The position numbers were made by a program, and so were the translations under genes. The notes below the pieces were generated by a model. That model had not been told where the DNA came from and searched no databases. It saw nothing but the letters and a program-made list of their open reading frames with translations. Positions 30,900-39,353 of a stretch of DNA of 64,000 nucleotides are shown one piece after another. Numbering within the stretch: position 1 is the stretch's first letter; every line of letters starts with the position of its first letter. Source of the DNA: Acidimicrobiia bacterium (lineage in GTDB: Bacteria; Actinomycetota; Acidimicrobiia; Spongiisociales; UBA5794); NCBI GenBank assembly GCA_965216945.1, contig CBDCGU010000003.1, positions 2,440,382 through 2,504,381 of the forward strand. The letters are read 5' to 3'.

Positions 30900-31346
30900 C
30901 TACCAGCGCATGCCGTAGGAGTAGCCGTTCTTGAAGTCACGCTGTTGAGTGTTGTACTCCCACGGTTTTAGCTCGAATTCCTGCGCCTGATCTGCCAGGG
31001 AGCCGGCGAACTTGCCAAGCGTGATCACGCCCGTCGGGCAGCGGTCGATGCAGAGCGCACAGCGGGTGCACTCGTCCTCGTCGACGAGGAAGAATCCCTG
31101 GTTCTCGGCGGTGTCGCCAGGGTTGTCGACATTGGTGCCTTCTGCGATGGCGTCGAGCGACAGGTAGTGGATGCACTTCCACGGGCAGATGTCGACGCAG
31201 CCTTCGCACAGGATGCACTCCGATTGGTCGATGTGGAGGAACTGCTTCGGTTTGACCGCCGCCTTCAGGTACTCGCCATCCACCGCGGCGAGCTGATAGT
31301 CGTCGCGCATCGGCGGTGTCTCGAACCAGATGTCGGTCTTGGCCAC
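30900..31346 (-). CDS. Soluble 2x[4Fe-4S] ferredoxin-domain protein
   Basis: CILCEGCVDICP and CTRCALCIDRCP. No hydrophobic helix or signal peptide. GTG 31346 lies 8 nt after the upstream stop; ATG 31310 is an alternative. Confidence 0.8.
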   Translation of the reverse strand: MAKTDIWFETPPMRDDYQLAAVDGEYLKAAVKPKQFLHIDQSECILCEGCVDICPWKCIHYLSLDAIAEGTNVDNPGDTAENQGFFLVDEDECTRCALCIDRCPTGVITLGKFAGSLADQAQEFELKPWEYNTQQRDFKNGYSYGMRW

Positions 31347-31354
31347 GGCGCCCG

Positions 31355-31963
31355 CTACCTCTCGACCTTGGTGAGGGGCCGGCCGTACGTCGACACGGGC
31401 TGCGGTGGCGGTGCCGACTCGGCCCGCTTCTGGTATTCCTGCCACTGGTACATCACGACGGCAGTACCCCCGAGCACCACCACGGCGTACGTGCCGGAGA
31501 CGATGTCCTTGACGGCGGCATAGCTGATGGAGACCTCGTTGTTGAGGACGAGCCACGACGGGATCGTCACGGCGGTCTTCTGCGGGGTCCATTCCCACAC
31601 GGATTGGGTGAGGGTGAGCCACTCGTTGGGCACGATGCCGAAAAGGATCATCATCACCGAGACGAACACCAGCGCACCGACCGCGGCACGCGCCCACGTC
31701 ATCGGCCGCTTGTAGAGGAACGCCAGGCAGATCCCACCCAACAGGACGAACGCGCCGCCCAGCGAGATGATCTGACCGATGACGACCGGAAGCCATCCGC
31801 GGGGAATCGACGGGTAGAGGTCGCGGCCGAGACTGTCGGTCTCCGGTAGCCCGGTGAAGTGGGCGATCAACGCCCCGCCGATGGCGACGAGCGTGCCAAC
31901 CACGATGGCGGCGGCACCCATCTGCTGAAATCGACGTATCTCTCTGTCGGTCGTTGCTGCCAT
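31355..31963 (-). CDS. Four-helix membrane protein, first gene of the b6-type operon, unknown family
   Basis: 202 aa from ATG 31963 (GGCGAGG upstream): MAATTDREIRRFQQMGAAAIVVG... with four hydrophobic segments. The upstream part of ORF 31355..32584 was discarded. Confidence 0.6.
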   Translation of the reverse strand: MAATTDREIRRFQQMGAAAIVVGTLVAIGGALIAHFTGLPETDSLGRDLYPSIPRGWLPVVIGQIISLGGAFVLLGGICLAFLYKRPMTWARAAVGALVFVSVMMILFGIVPNEWLTLTQSVWEWTPQKTAVTIPSWLVLNNEVSISYAAVKDIVSGTYAVVVLGGTAVVMYQWQEYQKRAESAPPPQPVSTYGRPLTKVER

Positions 31964-32126
31964 TGCCTCGCCTGGGCGCGTCCGATCGCTCGCTTGGGTG
32001 CGACATTCTATCCACGGCCGTCGACACTCTGTAGTCGGCTCGGCCGGAGATCGACGTCCGACCCGAACCTCGTCTCTCAGGCCATTGCAACGGGTGCTTC
32101 TACCCCATCCCCTAACGTGATCCGCA

Positions 32127-33359
32127 GTGAAGCTGCGCACCCGCATCGAGCGAATTCGGGACAGCCAGTTCGTGGTCCCAGTCGTCTTCATCGTGCTCAG
32201 CATCATTCTCGTGGTGGTGACGACCCAGCTGGACGAGCACGTCAGTCCGCCGGATCTGCTCATCCCCGCCAAGATCGGTGGTGTGCGCACGCTGCTGGCC
32301 ACCGTCGCCGGCTCGATCATCACTGCGGCCGCCCTGGTGTTTTCGTTCTCGGCGATCACGGTGCAGCTGGCCTCGAGCCAGTATTCACCCCGCCTGGTGC
32401 AGGAGTTCCTGCGCGATCGCGTCCAGCAGTCCATCGCCGGGCTCGTCATGGGGACGTTCACATTCGCCCTGACCTCGCTGGCCACACTCGGCGTCAACAC
32501 CTCCGACGAAGCGCGGACCGATTGGACGGCGACGACGGCGGTGGTGCTCGGCGTGGCCAGTGCGGTCTCGATCGTCGTATTCATCGATCACATCACTCGC
32601 CGCATCCGGATCGACGACACGATTCGTCGCATCACGATGCGGACCGTGGCAACGTTCGAAGCCGCCGGCGGTGGCGCCGCGGTCGCCGCCGATGGCTGGA
32701 ACCTGCAGCCGGAGACCAGGTCGTCGTGCGTGCGTTCCGCCGAGACGGGATTCATTCAGGAGATCGAATGCGATCGGCTGGTGGAAGCGCTGCAACCGGG
32801 GATCGTGGCCCGGCTCGACGTCTGGACGGGCGGTTTCGTCGCCGAAGGCGGCAGGCTCCTCACCGTCTGGACGGAACGGGCCGCACCGGCGCCCGCAGCG
32901 CTTCGAGAGTTCATCGCGGTGGGCGACACGAGGACGATCGAGCGGGACCCCGAACACGGCATCCGCCAGTTGGTCGACATCGGCCTGCGTGCCTTGTCGC
33001 CGGGAGTCAACGATCCGGCGACGGCTGCCGACGTCGCTCGCAACCTCGCGCTGTGTGTCCGAGCGGCATATCTCGTGGGTCCGCCGACCCGCGTGTGGGT
33101 ATCCGGCAACGGGGCGCGGCTGTTCGCTCCTCACGCCCGTGGGCCCAGCGACCACGTTGCCGTGGCGTACGAGCCCATACGGCGGAAAGCAGCGGATGAG
33201 CCAATGGTGCTCGGTGCGATCGTCGAGTCCTTGGAGTCCCTGGCCGACGAGCTGGAGGAGCGGGAGATCGACGCTACCGCCATCGACCGTGAGGTGGCGG
33301 CCGCTTCAGCCACGCTGCGTGAGCTCGGCGAGCCGGTCGCCGGCTCGCAACCGCAGTGA
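32127..33359 (+). CDS. DUF2254-family membrane protein
   Basis: 410 aa. N-terminal helices with AITVQLASSQYSPRL and a soluble C-terminal domain, as recalled for DUF2254. Confidence 0.75.
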   Translation: MKLRTRIERIRDSQFVVPVVFIVLSIILVVVTTQLDEHVSPPDLLIPAKIGGVRTLLATVAGSIITAAALVFSFSAITVQLASSQYSPRLVQEFLRDRVQQSIAGLVMGTFTFALTSLATLGVNTSDEARTDWTATTAVVLGVASAVSIVVFIDHITRRIRIDDTIRRITMRTVATFEAAGGGAAVAADGWNLQPETRSSCVRSAETGFIQEIECDRLVEALQPGIVARLDVWTGGFVAEGGRLLTVWTERAAPAPAALREFIAVGDTRTIERDPEHGIRQLVDIGLRALSPGVNDPATAADVARNLALCVRAAYLVGPPTRVWVSGNGARLFAPHARGPSDHVAVAYEPIRRKAADEPMVLGAIVESLESLADELEEREIDATAIDREVAAASATLRELGEPVAGSQPQ

Positions 33360-33431
33360 ACCCGTGACCGAGTCCTCTCGATCGACGTGCGAACCCCCGT
33401 CTTCTCTCGTTCGGGTGAGGACGAGTCTCGT

Positions 33432-33803
33432 TCAGGTGACGACGAAACGTACAGTTGGCCGGCCTGCCTCGGACGTCAGCTCCACGTCCGCAGCGACCGC
33501 CCGGAGGACCATCTGCCCGAGCGAGGTCTCCGCTGGCGGCCACGAATCCAGGGTCGGCGGCGCGCCGGTGGCGGCGACGCTGACGGCGAGACCTCGCTGG
33601 GCTGCGAACGCCTCGCACACGAGCTCGCCGCCCATTCCCAACTCGAGCAGCGCCGTGCTCGCCTCGTCGATGGCGAGACCGAGCTCGTCCATCTTGTCGT
33701 AGCCCATATCGACCTCTGCGGCGGCGCCGCTGGCGACGGAGCGTACGACCCGAACGGCTTCCGGTCGGGCGGGAACTTCGAGGCGGAAGACCGGGGGTGT
33801 CAT
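33432..33803 (-). CDS. Short RsbW-like anti-sigma-factor homologue lacking recognisable ATP-binding boxes
   Basis: 123 aa from ATG 33803: MTPPVFRLEVPARPEAVRVVRSVASGAAAEV...LGLAIDEASTALLE. It resembles the N-terminal half of HATPase-type anti-sigma factors, but no DxGxG or GxGxG box is present. Confidence 0.5.
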   Translation of the reverse strand: MTPPVFRLEVPARPEAVRVVRSVASGAAAEVDMGYDKMDELGLAIDEASTALLELGMGGELVCEAFAAQRGLAVSVAATGAPPTLDSWPPAETSLGQMVLRAVAADVELTSEAGRPTVRFVVT

Positions 33804-33818
33804 GGATTCGTATACTAC

Positions 33819-33838
33819 GGGGTGGTTGACGCCACCCC
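33819..33838. promoter_or_regulatory. Inverted repeat GGGGTGG-ttgacg-CCACCCC in a 54-bp divergent intergenic region
   Basis: Perfect 7-bp arms read directly. The spacer contains a TTGAC -35-like element. Confidence 0.4.
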
Positions 33839-33857
33839 ATGACGAACGAGGCGACCG

Positions 33858-34196
33858 ATGCCCCCGCAACTCACGATCGAGGAATCCACCGACGGAACGC
33901 ACGTCGTTCTCGCCGTCGTCGGTGAGATCGACCTTGCCACTGCGGCGGAGTTCGAGGCGAGGATCGAATCAGCCGGCAGTGCCGCCTCCATCGTCCTCGA
34001 TATGACGCAAGTCGCGTTCATCGATTCGACCGGCCTCAGGGTGCTCCTATCGGCACATGAGCGTGCCGACGACGGTGGCGGTCGACTTGCCATCGTCGCC
34101 GGCGAGGGTCCGGTGACCAAGCTCCTCGCCATCACCGGGGTGGACGAGTGGCTCAATGTCCACGAGACACGGAGCTCAGCCACATCGGATGGCTGA
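33858..34196 (+). CDS. STAS-domain anti-sigma-factor antagonist (RsbV/SpoIIAA-like)
   Basis: 112 aa. VLAVVGEIDLATAAEF, the phospho-serine context FIDSTGLRVLL, and KLLAITGVDE. Confidence 0.85.
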   Translation: MPPQLTIEESTDGTHVVLAVVGEIDLATAAEFEARIESAGSAASIVLDMTQVAFIDSTGLRVLLSAHERADDGGGRLAIVAGEGPVTKLLAITGVDEWLNVHETRSSATSDG

Positions 34197-34551
34197 GCCC
34201 TCCGAGTACCGCCTGCATCTCCCGGCCTCCGCCGAATCCGTTGCGCTGGCGCGTCTCTTCCTCGCGACCGTGTTGCGTACTCACCATGTCGATGAAGCCG
34301 CCGTGGACGATGCCAAGCTCGCCGTGTCGGAGCTGGCTACCGAGTGCGTGGTCAACGGGCCGAGTGATCGGTTCTCGGTCGTGGTCGCCCCGGCAACGGA
34401 GCTCTTTCGCGTCGAGGTCGGGCCGCTGACGCTCGGCGAAGCCGCCGACCGCAGCGAGCGTGTCCACCTCGCCCGAGCGTTGTTTCCGTCGATGGAGCTC
34501 GATCCGGTGACGCACACCGCCATGTACACGATCGCTGCCGCCGAGTCGTGA
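34189..34551 (+). CDS. Second short RsbW-like anti-sigma-factor homologue, degenerate N-box, no G-boxes
   Basis: ATG 34189 overlaps the STAS gene end by 8 nt, and the stop overlaps the sigma gene start (GTGA). LAVSELATECVVNG stands where kinases carry ELxTNAxxH. Confidence 0.5.
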   Translation: MAEPSEYRLHLPASAESVALARLFLATVLRTHHVDEAAVDDAKLAVSELATECVVNGPSDRFSVVVAPATELFRVEVGPLTLGEAADRSERVHLARALFPSMELDPVTHTAMYTIAAAES

Positions 34552-35279
34552 CCGACGCAGAGCTGGAGTTGTTCCAGCAGCGGGACGATCCGGTTGCGCG
34601 TGCACGCCTCGTTGCTGCCTACGAAGGTATCGCGATACGGCTTGCCGCCCGGTATCGAGGACGGGGCGAGCCCGAGGACGACCTCCAGCAGGTCGCCCGC
34701 CTTGGACTTCTCAACGCCATAGACCGCTTCGACGCAGACTACGGCGTCAAGTTCGCCACCTATGCGACGCGCACGATCGTGGGCGAGCTGAAGCGACACC
34801 TGCGGGACAGGACCTGGTCGATCCGGGTGCCCCGGTCGTTGCAGGAGCGCTGGCTGGAGACGAACCGAGCGGCCGAGGATCTCACTCACCGGCTCCACCG
34901 CTCTCCCACGGTCGACGAGATCGCAGCGGAGATCGGAGCGAGCCGGGACGAGGTGCTCGAAGCCATGGATGCGGGAAGTGCGTACACGGCTGGCTCGTTG
35001 GATGTGCCGGTTGGGTCTGAGGACGGCGATGCCGTCCTCGCCGATCGCCTCGGCGCCATCGACGCAGACCTGGAGACAGCAGGACCGTGGGCGTTCGCCG
35101 TCGAACAGATTCGGGCGCTGCCCGCCAGGGAGAGAGCGATCCTCGTGATGCGGTTCTTCGAAGACAAGTCGCAGACCGAGATCGCCGAAGCGATCGGGGT
35201 CTCCCAGATGCACGTGTCCCGCCTGCTCCGACGCAGCTTGAGCAAGCTGCGTGAGACGTCGGGCGCCGGAGGGGTCTGA
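34548..35279 (+). CDS. Group-3 sigma-70 factor (SigB/SigF type)
   Basis: 243 aa. Region 2 DDLQQVARLGLLNAIDRFD...FATYATRTIVGELKRHLRD and region 4 ILVMRFFEDKSQTEIAEAIGVSQMHVSRLL. Confidence 0.85.
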   Translation: MTDAELELFQQRDDPVARARLVAAYEGIAIRLAARYRGRGEPEDDLQQVARLGLLNAIDRFDADYGVKFATYATRTIVGELKRHLRDRTWSIRVPRSLQERWLETNRAAEDLTHRLHRSPTVDEIAAEIGASRDEVLEAMDAGSAYTAGSLDVPVGSEDGDAVLADRLGAIDADLETAGPWAFAVEQIRALPARERAILVMRFFEDKSQTEIAEAIGVSQMHVSRLLRRSLSKLRETSGAGGV

Positions 35280-35308
35280 GCATCCGGTATCCCGGGGGGC
35301 GGTTCGGC

Positions 35309-36850
35309 TCAACCGGCCCTCAAACGGCGCTGCAACAGCACCAGCGACACGGCGAACAGGGCGACGCTGCCAGCGCCCAGCGCGACCATCGTGCGGAGAT
35401 CCACCCCCTCGGCACGGAACATGACGTCGCGCAGCGAGTCGATGGCGTGGGTGATGGGAAGCGCCCACGAGACCGATCGGACCCAGACGACCAGACGGTC
35501 CAGGCTCAAGAAGAAGCCGGAGAAGAACGTACTGAGCAGCAGCACGATGAGCGCCAGGTTGATGGCTTGCGAGTCGGAGCTGACGACGGCCGAGATCGTG
35601 AAGCCGACCCCCAGGGACGCCAACGACAACAGGAACAGCACGAGCGTGTACGCGGCGATCGATCCGGTGATCGGTACGCCGAAGGCTCCCAGCATCAGCA
35701 GCGTCAAGGCGGTTGCGACCAGTGAGATGGCGGCGAGGAAACCGATGTACTTGCCGGCCAGGATCTGTGCGGCGTGCACAGGAGAGACACGGAACAACTC
35801 TTGTGTGCCCAGCGCACGCTCGCGTACGAGGGACAGGCCACCGAGGGTGATGCCGATGTGCTGGATCAACAGCGCGATCACACCGGGCGCATAGAAGGCG
35901 GTGATGTCCAACTCGGTTGCGCTCACGACGTCGGCGTCTGCGCCGAATGGGCTCACGAGGATGTCCGGGGGGACGCGGCGGAAGTCGTCGAGATTGTCGG
36001 CGAGCAGCGTGAGTTCTTCCTCGATCCGATGCATCTCGGCGATCTCGTCATCGAGCGGGCTCCCCACCGCATTGACGTCGAAGCTCTCCAGTTCGCTCAC
36101 GAGCGTCGCGAGTTGCCCCGATGTGCCGTCCTCGCCCGCCGTCGCATCGAAGTCGTCGCGGATGTTCTCGACGAGGATCTCCGTCGAGCCGACTTGTTGC
36201 TGGATCAATCTCAACTGACTGCTCAGCAGCCGGCGTTGCTCGGCGGCCTCGGAGGTGTTCCCCGCCTCGAGGGCACGTCGCATGGCGCCGGCACTCTCGG
36301 TCGCCGCCGGCAGGAGGGTCTCCAGATCCTCGGACTCCTCCTGGCCCGAGGCGACGAGCTCCTCGAGGATCCGGCGGTTGACGACATCCACCGTGCTCCG
36401 GGCGATGAGCGAGATCGTGGCCTGCTCGAACGGGTCGAGCTGATCGTGGAGAACGACGAAGATGGCGCGCTCACCGTTGCGGATCGTGTCGATCGGCGCT
36501 TCGGGCACGACGACTGCGACGTCGGCCCGGCCGTCACGCAGCCAGATCAGCGCCTCGTCGGTCGTGGCGACGTCGCCGACGATGATGATGTCGTCGCCGA
36601 ACTCGTCCGCTCTCGACTCGATCTGCTCCAAGAATGTCCCGTCGCCCGAGCTCACGAACACCGTGGCAAGCGGCTCGGTGTCCTGGCGATAGCCAAGGCC
36701 GAAGAGGGCGAGGATCAGGAATGGACCGAGGATCAGCGTGAGCACCAGTCGGGGCTGCCGGGCCACGTCCGCAATCTCCTTGCGTGCGAACGCGACGACT
36801 CGCGTGATCACGTTACCGATCTCACGCATGGTGAACTCGGGACGTCGCAT
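35309..36850 (-). CDS. ABC-2 type transporter permease with a large extracytoplasmic domain
   Basis: 513 aa: one N-terminal helix, a ~270-aa hydrophilic loop and five C-terminal helices. Overlaps the upstream ATPase gene by 29 nt. Confidence 0.75.
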   Translation of the reverse strand: MRRPEFTMREIGNVITRVVAFARKEIADVARQPRLVLTLILGPFLILALFGLGYRQDTEPLATVFVSSGDGTFLEQIESRADEFGDDIIIVGDVATTDEALIWLRDGRADVAVVVPEAPIDTIRNGERAIFVVLHDQLDPFEQATISLIARSTVDVVNRRILEELVASGQEESEDLETLLPAATESAGAMRRALEAGNTSEAAEQRRLLSSQLRLIQQQVGSTEILVENIRDDFDATAGEDGTSGQLATLVSELESFDVNAVGSPLDDEIAEMHRIEEELTLLADNLDDFRRVPPDILVSPFGADADVVSATELDITAFYAPGVIALLIQHIGITLGGLSLVRERALGTQELFRVSPVHAAQILAGKYIGFLAAISLVATALTLLMLGAFGVPITGSIAAYTLVLFLLSLASLGVGFTISAVVSSDSQAINLALIVLLLSTFFSGFFLSLDRLVVWVRSVSWALPITHAIDSLRDVMFRAEGVDLRTMVALGAGSVALFAVSLVLLQRRLRAG

Positions 36851-37847
36851 CGGTTTCCGAAACCGTGACGTCGCCCTCGATGCGATGGCGGCTCACCAGC
36901 TCCACGAACACATCGTCGAAGGGGGGAAGCCATTCCTCCGCCTGCTCGATGCCGATGTTCCGCTCACCGAGCCACGTGCTCAGGGCCGGCACGGCAACAG
37001 CTGCCTCCTCGACCGTGAAGCGAAGCCGGCGCTGGCCGGTCGGGACGCAATCGCTCGCCGCCGTCACCCGGCGCAGGTCTTCGATCAATCGAGCATCGGG
37101 GGCTTCGGTCAGCTCGACGTCGACGATGTCGCCCCCGTACGCAGCTCGCCGGAGCCCATCGGGCGTCTCTACCAGCAGCAACCTCCCGTCGGCGAGCACG
37201 GCCACGTGATCGCAGTACGCTGCCTCGCCCACGTACTGGGTGGTTACCACGAGCGTTCGTCCCTCTTCGGTGAGTGCCGCGAACCGGTCCCAGAACTTGC
37301 GGCGCAAGATGGGGTCGATGCCGGCGGTAGGTTCATCGAGGAAGACCAGCTCGGGCCGGTGAATGAGTGTCGTGGCGAGGGCGAGGCGTCGCTTCATGCC
37401 GCCGGAGATGTCGCTCACCCGCTTGGTCTGGTGGCCGTCGAGCTCGACGAACTCGAGCGCGGCTTCGAGATGAGGCCTCTTCCTCCACTTGCCGCCGTAC
37501 AGCGAAGCGAAGAAGGCGAGGTTCTCCCACACCGAGAGGTTGGGGTAGAGGACGGAGTGTTGCGGCATGTACCCGAGTCGCTGCCGGGTGGCTGCATCAA
37601 AGGTCGTCGGGCGACCACCGAACACGGTGAGATCACCGCCGGTTGGGCTGAGCACGCCGGTCATGAGGCGTACCGCGGTGGTCTTCCCGGAGCCGCTCGG
37701 GCCGATGAATCCCACGACGGAGCCGGCAGGAACGTTGATGTCGAGGGTGTGGATGCCGTCTCCGGAATCGAAGATCTTGCTCACATCCTCGGCACGCACC
37801 ACGAGGGCGTCGTGCAGCCCCGTGGCGCTGTTGGGTTCGGCGGGCAT
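36822..37847 (-). CDS. ABC transporter ATP-binding protein
   Basis: Walker A GPSGSGKTT, signature ISGGMKRRL, Walker B LVFLDEPTAGID. Confidence 0.9.
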   Translation of the reverse strand: MPAEPNSATGLHDALVVRAEDVSKIFDSGDGIHTLDINVPAGSVVGFIGPSGSGKTTAVRLMTGVLSPTGGDLTVFGGRPTTFDAATRQRLGYMPQHSVLYPNLSVWENLAFFASLYGGKWRKRPHLEAALEFVELDGHQTKRVSDISGGMKRRLALATTLIHRPELVFLDEPTAGIDPILRRKFWDRFAALTEEGRTLVVTTQYVGEAAYCDHVAVLADGRLLLVETPDGLRRAAYGGDIVDVELTEAPDARLIEDLRRVTAASDCVPTGQRRLRFTVEEAAVAVPALSTWLGERNIGIEQAEEWLPPFDDVFVELVSRHRIEGDVTVSETDATSRVHHA

Positions 37848-37889
37848 TTCGCTCCGATCTCTGAACCAGGCGACGCTGACTTACCCATC

Positions 37890-37930
37890 CCGGCGTCTTT
37901 CAAACCAGCCAACCGGCGTCTTTCAAACCA
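37890..37930. repeat. Perfect 18-nt direct repeat CCGGCGTCTTTCAAACCA x2, 23-nt register
   Basis: The copies at 37890..37907 and 37913..37930 were read directly. They lie in the divergent intergenic region between the ABC operon start (37847) and the gene starting at 37990. Confidence 0.9.
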
Positions 37931-37989
37931 ACGAGTCATGACACAGGGGAACACGGTTTCAATCTGGCAGCCTTGGGTAGACCGGGTCC

Positions 37990-38913
37990 ATGAGCACACA
38001 GTCACCGACGACATCTGACGTCCGTCGCAGCGCCCGTCTTGGCCGTCTGCTCATCGGGATCGGCCTGATAGGGCTCGTCGCGGCAGTGATCGTCGTCGTC
38101 CTCGGTTCGCGTTTCGTGGATCGAACCGCAGCCACCATCACCGACAGCCTCGACCTCACCGCCGAGGCCGTCCAGGCGTTCGATGAGACGATCGTCGTCG
38201 CCGCCGAGGCCACCGAGGTCGTCGCTTCGGGACTCGGCACCATCACGGACGCCGTCGCCGACTCGGAAGCGACGCTGGAGTCGGCGGGAGAACTGATGGA
38301 CAGCACCGCCGACGTGTTGAGCGGCGCCGTTCCCGACAGTGTCGATGCGATCCGTCAGACCATGCCGGCTCTCATTCAGACCGCCGAGCTGCTCGAGGAG
38401 GCCCTCGGTGCCCTCTCGTTACTCGGGGTCGACTTCTCTCCGGAGCGGCCGCCGGCCGATTCCCTTCGCAACATCGAGGGCCGTCTCACCGACGTCGTCG
38501 GCACGTTGCGGGAGAGCGCGGTGAGGCTCGAGACCGTTGGCCTCGGGTTCGGCGACCTCAGCAGGAGCGCCGGTTCGCTCACCGGCGAACTGGAGACCCT
38601 CTCGGCGAGCCTCGAGCGCGCCGACCAGCTCCTCGATGGCTACTCCTCGACCACGCAACGGACGGCGCTGCTGGTGGAGCAGGCGCGAAGCGACGTCGAT
38701 GCACAGCGCACCGAGGGACGGCTCGTGGTGCTGTTGCTCGGGTTACTCCTGGGGCTCGGCCAAGTGGTCCCGCTGTCCCTCGGCTGGCACATGCGCCGCA
38801 CCCAGGATCCTGCCCTGTCGGTGGATCCGGGTGGGGACACCCACCATCACGGTCCGACCATGGCCCCCGAATCGGACGTCCTCGGTTTGGATCTGGACGA
38901 TGCGGGTAGGTGA
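37990..38913 (+). CDS. Membrane protein with a helical extracytoplasmic domain, unknown function
   Basis: 307 aa with an N-terminal helix LLIGIGLIGLVAAVIVVVLG, a long Ala/Leu/Glu-rich helical region, and a second helix LVVLLLGLLLGLGQVV. Confidence 0.55.
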   Translation: MSTQSPTTSDVRRSARLGRLLIGIGLIGLVAAVIVVVLGSRFVDRTAATITDSLDLTAEAVQAFDETIVVAAEATEVVASGLGTITDAVADSEATLESAGELMDSTADVLSGAVPDSVDAIRQTMPALIQTAELLEEALGALSLLGVDFSPERPPADSLRNIEGRLTDVVGTLRESAVRLETVGLGFGDLSRSAGSLTGELETLSASLERADQLLDGYSSTTQRTALLVEQARSDVDAQRTEGRLVVLLLGLLLGLGQVVPLSLGWHMRRTQDPALSVDPGGDTHHHGPTMAPESDVLGLDLDDAGR

Positions 38914-38946
38914 GCGGCACTCATCCAACACAGGAGGAACGCGGTC

Positions 38947-39210
38947 ATGGGAATCATCGTCTGGCTGATCATCGGGCTCGTTGCGGGCTTCGTCGCACGT
39001 GCTCTCGTGCCGGGTCCTGATCCAATCGGAATGCTGGGAACTCTCGTGCTCGGCTTGGTCGGTTCGCTGATCGGCGGATTCCTCGGCAATCTCATCTTCA
39101 GCGGTGATCTCGAACTGTCGGCCGCAGGACTCATCGGATCCATCGTTGGCGCCGTGATCGCTCTGCTCATCTATCGGGCCATGAACTCCCGCCGCCCGTC
39201 GCACGTCTGA
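38947..39210 (+). CDS. GlsB/YeaQ/YmgE-family stress membrane protein
   Basis: MGIIVWLIIGLVAGFVARALVPG...LVLGLVGSLIGGFLG is the classic family pattern. Confidence 0.85.
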   Translation: MGIIVWLIIGLVAGFVARALVPGPDPIGMLGTLVLGLVGSLIGGFLGNLIFSGDLELSAAGLIGSIVGAVIALLIYRAMNSRRPSHV

Positions 39211-39234
39211 CGCCCCACATTCCTGCGTGCCCAA

Positions 39235-39268
39235 GTTGCGGGCCGGTGCTGCCGCGCCGGCCCGCAAC
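39235..39268 (+). terminator. 12-bp GC-rich stem-loop GTTGCGGGCCGG-N10-CCGGCCCGCAAC
   Basis: Read directly, 25 nt after the stop at 39210. There is no U-tract, which is common in high-GC actinobacteria. Confidence 0.5.
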
Positions 39269-39353
39269 CCGCGCGGGCGGCGATGTGGTGCGCACGCCAC
39301 GTGGATGTTTGCGGTCCCTCGCGCTCGGGTAGATTCTCCTCGACCGCTCATGA

